Source: an uncultured Myxococcales bacterium (lineage in GTDB: Bacteria; Myxococcota_A; UBA9042; CAIXZC01). Taken from it: 64,000 nt of DNA. The translations under genes and the position numbers were made by a program. The stretch is from the NCBI GenBank assembly GCA_964593355.1, contig CAZQHM010000014.1, forward strand, positions 1,269 to 65,268. Direction: 5' to 3'. The notes beneath the pieces are model-generated. The model made no database searches. It was not told the origin of the DNA and saw only the letters and a list, made by a program, of their open reading frames with translations. Below are positions 46,401 to 54,241 of the stretch, in pieces. The stretch's first letter is position 1, and each line of letters opens with the position of its first letter.

Positions 46401-47469
46401 GTTGCTGCTGGAAGATTCGGTTGTGACCAATACAAATCCAGTGATGGCCGACGGGGATGGCCTTGTGGGGTACGGCTTGTTCGTTGGTGCCGAGGCTTCA
46501 GCTCTGCTGCGTCGCTCTTTGGTTAGTTTGAGCGTACAAACCGGATGTCTGGTTGACGGCAGTGGCGCCGTGTTGGAGGCTGAGTCTGCTTTAGTAAGAA
46601 ACACGCTCAATAATGCTGAAGAAGGGGCTCCGTTGTTGCCGACCTCTGCTGGGCTGTGGGCCACGGCAGGCGCCAACGTGGAGTTGTCCAACTCAAGCCT
46701 GGCTGACAACTGGCCCTTCCAGATGGTAGTGCTTGGGCCGGAGAGCTCGGTGGTTGCAGAGCGGACGTCAGTGTTACAGAGCCAGGCCCGCGAATTGTAC
46801 GAGGGTGAGGTTCCGTTGGAGAGGAGTGTGTTGGTGGCGGATGGCGCCCATCTCTCTATGAGCCGCTGTCTACTGATGCATTCGGCGGGGTGGGGCCTCT
46901 CTGCGCACGAGGAGGGAACGTCGGTAGATATGGACAAGTGTGCGACCACTCGGTACTCCCAGCAGGAGGTCAACGCATTTGGCATGGGGGCAGCGGTGGT
47001 CCAGGGCGCATCGCTGCTGTTGACCGACTCTCTCTTCGTTGGAAACGCCAGCTATGCAGTGGGGGCATTTGACGGTGCCAGCGCCGACATACAGGGCTGT
47101 ACCCTGGCCTCCACTTCGCCCGGTGGCGAGTGGGTAGAGAAGGAGCCCGGGAAGGTCCGCCTGCAGGCGTTTGGTGATGGACTGACTGTGGTGAGGGCGA
47201 CTGCGTCGGTTCAAGATACTCTTTTCACAGATAACAGTCGCTGCGGAGTCTATTACTATCAGAGTTCTGGTGCCATTGAGGGCAGCTTGGTCACCAGAAG
47301 CGGGGCATATGGGCTTGCGATATATTTGCCATCCCCAGAAGTTCTCTTTGAACAGTTATCCAATTTCATATTCGGTAATGCCACTGCACTTACAGGTCCC
47401 ACTGCCGCTGAAGTCAGCAAGAACGCTGACGGAATGGAGGTGCAGTCGTCTCCGCCGAAGAGGTTCTGA
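43453..47469 (+). CDS. Large parallel beta-helix lipoprotein with Cys-rich N-terminal repeats
   Basis: Lipobox LGAC (start likely near 43558-43591); Cys-rich repeats; GTMDAPFPTIQQAL...GPGSYAE; long beta-helix repeats. Confidence 0.8.
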   Translation: MSKSAIPCPDLANGWPCRQMERAIRTAVCGCGGASLSRKAVRLSGEMLLVVLLGACTGQSGMVVQGGMDASEDMGLDATDAVDLRPLEEVAELVEGCPEGTVLWPERMICAPMIEQCGPLEMPRIGGGCIEVGPRSCDPAQGPDAGCGASAPAPCPEGFRPSNGDWACVPYFEPDGICAEDEIPLFGGGCAPVGASWFDPAEQFGGVEVPIMDYCPEGQIPVPGGGCLPAGNRACSAIWDAGSEGECEPTEYLPCPEGWADEEETGQCRAVVADCGPGEIPLIGGACEKVLADPGEVGAGPFPELPISAPQVLYVLAASLCVEACGTMDAPFPTIQQALDVAIEGAVILVGPGSYAEGLLVTRSVTVVGLGAAVVRIAGTVSTTLPGQPGITSAGLAVVGAQEVVLKGLALESPAVGAVVYQSSEVVLEAIEIVGSVGLGLVVYHDSTVDADRVWIHGIVGDDSPAQQAVGVVVDDKATLTAEMFLVSEVMGGGGRVKGAGSLSLSQSCIKEVALTGTGTGGFGLSVQDGSKAVLTNLVIEDCVASAILDSASDLLADNITIRTIKLPDSGESGAGIYIAKGSEANISKLDMSGAARLGIYALGEDTSVAIERSVVCDTAPTISGQWGVSVVVIDGAHVVIESSYVYNNMYAGVMSGGEGSLVELTGSVVSGTKSSVTGEIGAGLFCQDQGRGKAVHSLFQGNALYGLEASGPGTTVSAVGCRLTGEVGASVSQGAELSLEASVVEENSGQGIIAYGEGLQEGSSRLTVKDSVIRQNCLEEEDVKYKDAPFEVVVMGLAEATLHGTLVQPTVSGLAVTLEGATLDVSASVVSGVSDLAVGAGRGLRVEQGAKCVIEGSLVEGMADSGVEVAHHLSHLAMDDSVVRRCNRGGTEGYGGILVSVGGVAELLGCSLMENRHAGLYVISIGTDVGIDGGSISNNVPGLDGKVGLGLRVSNGAAAEVTGTLLANNHGMSVAVASEDSSLLLEDSVVTNTNPVMADGDGLVGYGLFVGAEASALLRRSLVSLSVQTGCLVDGSGAVLEAESALVRNTLNNAEEGAPLLPTSAGLWATAGANVELSNSSLADNWPFQMVVLGPESSVVAERTSVLQSQARELYEGEVPLERSVLVADGAHLSMSRCLLMHSAGWGLSAHEEGTSVDMDKCATTRYSQQEVNAFGMGAAVVQGASLLLTDSLFVGNASYAVGAFDGASADIQGCTLASTSPGGEWVEKEPGKVRLQAFGDGLTVVRATASVQDTLFTDNSRCGVYYYQSSGAIEGSLVTRSGAYGLAIYLPSPEVLFEQLSNFIFGNATALTGPTAAEVSKNADGMEVQSSPPKRF

Positions 47470-47477
47470 ACGGCGCT

Positions 47478-50081
47478 CTACTTGATACTGCCAGGCAAGC
47501 TTACCCAGGCACCGAACACTCCCCATCCCGAGCCGTCCTGGCCCATGCTTTCCCAGGCGCAGAAGAAGTCGCCGTCTGGAAGGGCGGTAACGGAACGCAC
47601 TCGTTGATCCAGTTCCGAGTAGTCGTTGACCAGGAACTCGTCTCCCAGCGGTCCACCATCGCCCGAGATGAACCGGCCCACTACGCTTTGACCACTGCCG
47701 TCCTGGGCCCCTGCCAGCCAGACAACCAGGCTGGTTCCGTTGGCAGAGGAGGCCACCTTCGGCACCCATTGGTCTCCTTCGGTGGTGGTGTTGATGGGAA
47801 ACTCCTCGCTCTGGGAGGCCCCGAATCGGTCCAAAGTTCGTGCGTAGATGCCGTGTCTGGAGCCGTCCTGATTCTCACTGGTCCAGGCGACGAGGAATCC
47901 TCCGCCGGGTAGTGGGGCAGCGGCGGGGTAGCGCTGTCTGCCGGCCATGGTATGGTTGACTAGAAATTGGGGGCGAAGCTCGGTGCCTGTGGGGCTTACG
48001 ATTCTGGCTTGGATGCCGAAACTGTCCGACTCAGCCGTGGATTCGCTCTCCCAGGCTACAAGCACAGATTCAGAGCCTGCGGCAAGGGTCGGGAATCTTT
48101 GTCGGCCTTGCCCCTGAGAGTTCAGCACCACGGGGGCTCCTGCACGTTGGCCGTCGGCACCGAACCACTGGCCAAGGATGCCGAAGCCGTCACCGTCGGG
48201 CCCAGCGCTCTGCCAGGCCACGAGCACGCGGTCATCGGGAAGCACAGTAATGGCCGGTAACTCCTGGTCACCATCCTGGCGGTCGGTGTTGACCAGGAAC
48301 TCTCCCCGAATCTTCTCGCCCTTTGGGCTCAGCCACTGGCCGTAGACCCCCCACCCGCTGCCATCGAGTCCCTCTGCGCTCCAGAGGACCAGGGCCCGAC
48401 CATCGGTGAGCGTGGCAACGACCGGCACCCGTTTGGTGCCCCGATCTGCAGAACAGATGCGGAATTCGGCGCCCGTGGGCGAAGTTGCCTGGAAGTAGCG
48501 GCCCACGATTCGGGACTCTCCTGTTGAGGGGTCGGCGGTGCTCCACACGGCCAGCAGCGTGCCATCCTTCAATGCGGATACCGATGGGTGCTCCTGATTG
48601 CCCAGGAGGGCGGATGCCAGCGGCACGTCCTTCCACACTTTGGGTGCGCTGTTGCCTGCTGGGGCCGTGGGGCCGACTTGACCTGACATGGGCGCCGAGG
48701 TCTCAGCTGCTTCGTCACCGGGCTTAGCGTCGGCAGGGCCATTGTCGCCTGAACCCAGGGATGAGAGGGTCAGCCAGGTAGCCAAGGGCAGGAGGAGCAG
48801 GGCCGCAGCAACGGCGGCCCACCGCCACTTTCCGGTGCTGCCGCGGCTGTAGGGAGGAGGCTCGGTGGGCAGGTCTGACAACGATGCATCATGGTGATGT
48901 GGGCTTTTCTCCATGGGTTCGGTGGGGACGAAGCCACCTTGAGCCGTGGCCCTTCTATCGGGTTCGGGGCTCATGGTTTCGGCCAGTGCGTCGGAGTGGG
49001 GAGACCAGAGCTGGGTGCGGCGATTCTCAGCTGATTCGGCATCGAGGGTATCGTCGCAGGGCTCTGCTGTCTGGGCCATATCGTCGTCCAGCCGTTCGAA
49101 CATAGCGTTCATGGCGGGTAAGAACTCTTCCACGGAGCGGAATCGGCTGGCGCATGCGGGCGCAATGGCTTTGCGCAGGAATCTCTCCAGGCTGCGGGGA
49201 ATGCGTGATGTACCAAATACATCTTTGGGGGTGTGGTCGCTGTTGAGCTTGGCGTCCACAAGTTCGCTTAGGCTCCGGACGTTGAAGGGGCGCTGGCCCA
49301 GCAGCATCTCGCCAATCATCAGGCCAAGGGCGTACAAGTCGGTCCAGGGGCCAATCTCCCGACCTCGGTGTTGCTCTGGAGCCATGTACGTGGGGGTGCC
49401 CAGCCGCATGGTGGAGTCATCGTTGTGCGACAGCAGCTTCACGAGGCCGAAGTCGAGCACTCTGACAAGCAGCGGGTTGCCTTCCACGGGCTGCAGCATG
49501 ACGTTCGCCGGCTTCACATCCCTGTGGACGATGCCCTCCTTGTGAGCCGCTGATAAGGCGTGAAGCAACTGAGTGGCAACTATTCTGACCTCGTTGGGGG
49601 AAAAGCCCTGACGACTCTTCCGCCGTGCCTCAATCTCGTGGCGCAGTTCTCGGCCCCCAGCTACGTACTCCATGACCAGGTAGTGTGTCTCTTCGCCGCC
49701 ACCGAACTTCAGGAGGCGAACGATGTTGGGGTGGGATAGGCGGGAGAGGGTCAGGGCTTCAAGGGCGAAGCGCTGCACGAACTGCTCCTTGTCTGCTTCG
49801 GAGAGGTCTGCGGTTCGCAGCATCTTGAGGGCAGTGGGCATTGCCAGGGGCATCTGCAAGGCGAGGTAGACCGACCCGAATCCGCCTTGTCCAAGGCGCC
49901 GGACAATGAGGTAGTCATCGACGAGACGACCGCTCTGGCCGTCGTCGTCCCCGGGTAAGGTACGGCAGCGGTGAGCGTGCTCAGGTGGGATGCGGTGCTT
50001 GCCAAGCTTCAGGCAGAGGTCTGTCTCGCAGGGGCTTCCCAGCGGGCCATGACTGAGGCAGAGTGGACACAAAGCGGACAA
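47478..50081 (-). CDS. Membrane-anchored Hanks-type Ser/Thr protein kinase with extracellular seven-repeat (beta-propeller-like) domain
   Basis: GQGGFGSV, ALKML, HRDVKPANV, LDFG, GTPTYMAPE, DLYALG; TM WAAVAAALLLLPLATWL; seven P.V.....G..LV.W repeats; N-terminal CxxC...C...C. Confidence 0.92.
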   Translation of the reverse strand: MSALCPLCLSHGPLGSPCETDLCLKLGKHRIPPEHAHRCRTLPGDDDGQSGRLVDDYLIVRRLGQGGFGSVYLALQMPLAMPTALKMLRTADLSEADKEQFVQRFALEALTLSRLSHPNIVRLLKFGGGEETHYLVMEYVAGGRELRHEIEARRKSRQGFSPNEVRIVATQLLHALSAAHKEGIVHRDVKPANVMLQPVEGNPLLVRVLDFGLVKLLSHNDDSTMRLGTPTYMAPEQHRGREIGPWTDLYALGLMIGEMLLGQRPFNVRSLSELVDAKLNSDHTPKDVFGTSRIPRSLERFLRKAIAPACASRFRSVEEFLPAMNAMFERLDDDMAQTAEPCDDTLDAESAENRRTQLWSPHSDALAETMSPEPDRRATAQGGFVPTEPMEKSPHHHDASLSDLPTEPPPYSRGSTGKWRWAAVAAALLLLPLATWLTLSSLGSGDNGPADAKPGDEAAETSAPMSGQVGPTAPAGNSAPKVWKDVPLASALLGNQEHPSVSALKDGTLLAVWSTADPSTGESRIVGRYFQATSPTGAEFRICSADRGTKRVPVVATLTDGRALVLWSAEGLDGSGWGVYGQWLSPKGEKIRGEFLVNTDRQDGDQELPAITVLPDDRVLVAWQSAGPDGDGFGILGQWFGADGQRAGAPVVLNSQGQGRQRFPTLAAGSESVLVAWESESTAESDSFGIQARIVSPTGTELRPQFLVNHTMAGRQRYPAAAPLPGGGFLVAWTSENQDGSRHGIYARTLDRFGASQSEEFPINTTTEGDQWVPKVASSANGTSLVVWLAGAQDGSGQSVVGRFISGDGGPLGDEFLVNDYSELDQRVRSVTALPDGDFFCAWESMGQDGSGWGVFGAWVSLPGSIK

Positions 50082-50285
50082 GCCGACAACCTCCCCTGAT
50101 AACTGCTCACCACACTCGTCCCACCCCCTCGACCAGGCTTGCGCCTCGCTCTCGGGGGTGCCGGGGTGGATTGGCAGGCCACGGGAACGGGTATATCGCA
50201 GAAGCGCTTAGCAATCAACGTTGACGACGTCTGGATGGCCACGAGCCCCGGACGTAGCAATAAATATATGCGTTTCTTAATCTCG

Positions 50286-53200
50286 CTAGTGGGTAATAGA
50301 GCTTGAATTGGAAGGGGCTGGAGGAACGCCAAGGTCATCGACAGAGTATGATATATCTTGACAGAAAGTATCTAATAGATCACCGCAATTCTGAACAACC
50401 ATGTTACCCAAGGCTGGAACATCGGCCACGGAGTTTCGGGCAGCGATGCCGAAGGCTGCGTTTCTGAAAATGGCCGAATCATGCACGGAGAGGGTGGAGC
50501 CGTCAGCGAAGACTCCGGCACGGTCGTTACTTTCCACAATGGAGCCTGCCACTTTCAGCTCGCACCCCTGCACGGCATAGAGTCCATCACCGAAGATGCC
50601 CATCTTGGGCCCACCTGTTTCCGGGTCGAACCAGACTCCGGATGAGATGGTCTCCCTGGCGGTTGAGCCCCAGAATTCAACTTGCGTACCCAAGTCGTAG
50701 CAGCCGATGCCGCCGGAGTGGTTATTGGTCACCAGCGTATGGTCGACGGTGGCGAGGGCCTTCTCTTGAACCACAAGACCGATACCGAAGGCTCCCTTGC
50801 CCAGTCCCGCTTCATGCTGCTTTGTTTGCCTGATGATACTGTTGTTCAGTTGCAGGTATCCTGACTGGCCGCTGAGGTTTATCCCCACCTCGAAGTTATC
50901 GAAGAAGAGGGTAGCGTCAATTGTGGCCGCGGCACCGAAATGTACAGTCATCCCCCGACCAAGGGCATGGTCGCCCACCACTTCGTGCCAAGTCTCCGTG
51001 GTGCGGCCCACGACACAGCGTTGGAGCGAAACGCTGGTTCCTTCGTGGTGAGCCAGCACTCCGTTTCCGGCGTTATCCAGCACCCAACTGTCTGAGATAG
51101 AGACTGTGCCCTGTCCCTCAACCCCCACCCCGAGGGCGGACCCGGTCTTGGGATTAGGGGCGGTCTGTTCCACAATGGTCCAGGCGACATCGACGCTGGT
51201 TCCTGCTCCATTAACCATCAAGCCTGCCTCAACGCTGCCCGTAATGACCAGATGGTCCAGCGCTGCTTCTGAGCCGCCCCACACGGATACTCCCCGACCA
51301 TATCCACCTTTTGAGTCTGCTCTAGTGTCTTCCACCAGCGAATTGGTGAGGGTCAGCGATGCGCCAGCATTGACCTGTACGCCCTCGGCGAAGGATCCCC
51401 GCACGAGCAACCCCGAAGCGGTAGTCTTCGCCCCTTGAGATATCTCCACTCCTTGGCCAGAACCTCCGCCACTACCAGGCAGAGTCTCCTCCACAAGCAG
51501 GTTCTCCAGAGTGGCCTCGGAACCAACTCCATTGACAAGAAGTGACAGGGCCTCATTGCCAGCAAGGCTGCTGTCAACAACGAGGCCTTGTGCTCCCTGC
51601 TGGATAGCTACTCCAGCCGCTTGGAGGCCCGAGGCCATCAGGGTGCACGAGACCGTGGAATTCCGAAGAACGACGGACGAACCATCCCCACTGGCCAGAA
51701 CCGAGGCCCTGCGAAGTCGCTCCAACAGCGAGTTTTCAATTATCAATTCCCCTCCATTCTCCACTCTGACCCCAGTGGAGAAGTCGAAGTCGAAGGGCGT
51801 TCCCTGCCGGATGGTGCAGGAGGAGAGGGTCAGCGAAGAGCCATTGTCCATGACGGCGGCGCTTACACCATGACAGCCCTCGAACAGTGACTCCGTGACC
51901 TCGAGGTGGGCGGCTGCCGAAGCGCCGAGACAGTGAGCGTAGGATAAGTCAGCATCTTCATCAGTATTAATTTCCCGGACAGTACTACTCAAGACTACTC
52001 CAGAGTTGTCAAACAAATCTATGCCTGATATATCGCAATGCTCAATCAGGCTGTCGTATAGGCGTAAATCTGCCTTGCTTGCTTGTATTCCACTCCCAGT
52101 TCCATCTATGCCTATGCTATTAATGCTGCGAATAGTAATATTTGTTAATTCTATCGAGCTGCCTTTGTCGATCCCAGCAACGCCAACACTAAGATGCTCG
52201 AATACTGATGACGTTGCTTTGGATATCGCTCCGGCCCCAACGAAGAGTCCAACTATCACGGTTCCGGCTTCTTGAGCCCCGGAACCGATCACCAACAATC
52301 CTTCTACTACCATGTGCGTAGCACTTGCAGTTCCGAGAGTGCCTCCAGCCGACAGCACTCCGTCTCCCTCTCTTTGCTTAACGGTGCAGGCTGAACATAA
52401 CACCTGCGCCGAATCGCCCTGGTAGATTGCTACCGGGATCTCCTTGGTTCCAACGGTATCGATCACCGCAGAGTGGCTGACGCTGAGCTTTGTCTGGGGG
52501 TTCACGGCCAGCAGGCCGGCGTCATGGCTTCCAGATACCAGCGTATGAGTTACAACGCACGATGCACCCGAGCGGCAGTTTACGCCACGGCCCAGCCCAT
52601 CTTTGTTGGGCTTGCCGTCGAGCATAGCTGTGTGGTGCACGGAGAGGTGGGTTCCCACTCCGTCGGCTCTGGCGTGTGCCGTGTGGTTTCCAAGGAACAC
52701 GCAGTCCGAGATTTCGGCCGAGGCCCCGCCGCTGACGTCCAGTCCCACGCCGTCGTTTGCGGTGCTGGACATCTGAGTGGGCCCTACCAGGCTGGAGGAT
52801 AGGCTCAACGAACTTCCTTCATCCTGCACCATGAGCCCACTACCCATCCGGTCCTCGATTAGCAGGAAGCTTGCTGCCAGGGTAGACTCCCCGCTCACTA
52901 CAACACCCGGGGCCAATTGCTCTTCCGGCAACTGGGATGGATGCACCGACGTGATCCACAGGTGGTTGGCCGTTGCTTCGGCGCCCGTGAGCCTCAGCGC
53001 CGTTCCGGCCTCTCCATACAGGGCAAGGTCGAACAGCTCGACCCCCTGGGAGTCCTGAATCACGACTCCTTCGCCTCCATGGGCGAAGCCGAAACCGGAT
53101 ATGGAGACGTCCGCTGTTCCGAGGACCAGCACCAGCGGCAACTGGTCGGCTTCATCGGGAGGAGGCAGCGGGGCAACGATGATGCTTCGTTGGGGGCAGA

Positions 53201-54113
53201 GACCCACCAGGGTTACGGGCTTGGAAATAGTTAGATGTTCTACATAGGTTCCCTCGCCTACCAAGACGGCGGCGCCTTCAACGGCGCTTTCCAGGGCCTC
53301 TTCAATGGAGGAGAACGGCCTGTCAGCTGATCCACAGTTATTATCACATGATGACTCCTTGGATACATGTATTATGTCACTGAATGTGCCTGGTTCTTCC
53401 AACAATGGCCAGGGGCCGGCGCCACACTGATCATCAGGGGTGGTGGCCGGCTCGCACTGGCCGCCGGGAAGTGAGATTTCTCCAAGGAGGCACTGTGCGA
53501 GCACTGGTTCGCAGAATGTCTCGTCCTGGCTTGGCTTCCATCCCTGGGGGCAAGGCTGCAGTTCGTCCGGGCTGCAGTCGGCTTCGGCTCCCCAGACCGA
53601 CGGGCACGCCCGTTGTCCCACGGGGTAACAGCCACCGCCCTGCCGGGCCAGGTGGTATTGGGGACACTTGTCGAAATATGGGGGGCTATCGGGCGTGTCG
53701 ATGGCTCCAACTCTGTGGCAGTCGCCGCCGAGAATCGGGACCTCATCCGGCTGGCAGGTGGCGAAGAGGGGTTCACAGTAGGAGCCATCTTCGGAGGGTG
53801 TGGTACCGCCAGGACACTCCGAGGGTAGGGGAGATGGGACGCCATCAACCTCGACGTATCTGGGACCGACCACTCGGCACCCCTGGTCCACGGTGAGCAG
53901 GCCCCAGTGAGCGTTGCAATCCCCTTGAGGCAGGGAGCCCTGAACATCGCTCTGGTCCTCGCCCTGATCGTCCGCAAGATCCGGCTCAACGGGTTGGGTC
54001 GAATCTTCATCACTGAACATGTCAGCGTCGCCTGTTGCCTTTGTGGTTTCCTCGGCGCAGGAGAGGAGGATCGTTGAAGCCAACAGAACCGTTGTTATTG
54101 TTTTGATTGACAT
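50286..54113 (-). CDS. Large parallel beta-helix lipoprotein with Cys-rich N-terminal repeats (paralog of 43453..47469)
   Basis: Lipobox LLSC; same Cys-rich repeats; GSADRPFSSIEEAL...GEGTYVE; beta-helix repeats. Confidence 0.82.
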   Translation of the reverse strand: MSIKTITTVLLASTILLSCAEETTKATGDADMFSDEDSTQPVEPDLADDQGEDQSDVQGSLPQGDCNAHWGLLTVDQGCRVVGPRYVEVDGVPSPLPSECPGGTTPSEDGSYCEPLFATCQPDEVPILGGDCHRVGAIDTPDSPPYFDKCPQYHLARQGGGCYPVGQRACPSVWGAEADCSPDELQPCPQGWKPSQDETFCEPVLAQCLLGEISLPGGQCEPATTPDDQCGAGPWPLLEEPGTFSDIIHVSKESSCDNNCGSADRPFSSIEEALESAVEGAAVLVGEGTYVEHLTISKPVTLVGLCPQRSIIVAPLPPPDEADQLPLVLVLGTADVSISGFGFAHGGEGVVIQDSQGVELFDLALYGEAGTALRLTGAEATANHLWITSVHPSQLPEEQLAPGVVVSGESTLAASFLLIEDRMGSGLMVQDEGSSLSLSSSLVGPTQMSSTANDGVGLDVSGGASAEISDCVFLGNHTAHARADGVGTHLSVHHTAMLDGKPNKDGLGRGVNCRSGASCVVTHTLVSGSHDAGLLAVNPQTKLSVSHSAVIDTVGTKEIPVAIYQGDSAQVLCSACTVKQREGDGVLSAGGTLGTASATHMVVEGLLVIGSGAQEAGTVIVGLFVGAGAISKATSSVFEHLSVGVAGIDKGSSIELTNITIRSINSIGIDGTGSGIQASKADLRLYDSLIEHCDISGIDLFDNSGVVLSSTVREINTDEDADLSYAHCLGASAAAHLEVTESLFEGCHGVSAAVMDNGSSLTLSSCTIRQGTPFDFDFSTGVRVENGGELIIENSLLERLRRASVLASGDGSSVVLRNSTVSCTLMASGLQAAGVAIQQGAQGLVVDSSLAGNEALSLLVNGVGSEATLENLLVEETLPGSGGGSGQGVEISQGAKTTASGLLVRGSFAEGVQVNAGASLTLTNSLVEDTRADSKGGYGRGVSVWGGSEAALDHLVITGSVEAGLMVNGAGTSVDVAWTIVEQTAPNPKTGSALGVGVEGQGTVSISDSWVLDNAGNGVLAHHEGTSVSLQRCVVGRTTETWHEVVGDHALGRGMTVHFGAAATIDATLFFDNFEVGINLSGQSGYLQLNNSIIRQTKQHEAGLGKGAFGIGLVVQEKALATVDHTLVTNNHSGGIGCYDLGTQVEFWGSTARETISSGVWFDPETGGPKMGIFGDGLYAVQGCELKVAGSIVESNDRAGVFADGSTLSVHDSAIFRNAAFGIAARNSVADVPALGNMVVQNCGDLLDTFCQDISYSVDDLGVPPAPSNSSSITH

Positions 54114-54241
54114 GAAAACACCCCCATCGGTTCATTGATAACAGTTCTATCCCGTGGATAGAGCTTTTTTATAGCATTACATTCGCTGGTACCGACCACT
54201 CTGACAGGCCGAAGGGTGGATGTCAACCCTGGGAAAAGGCC

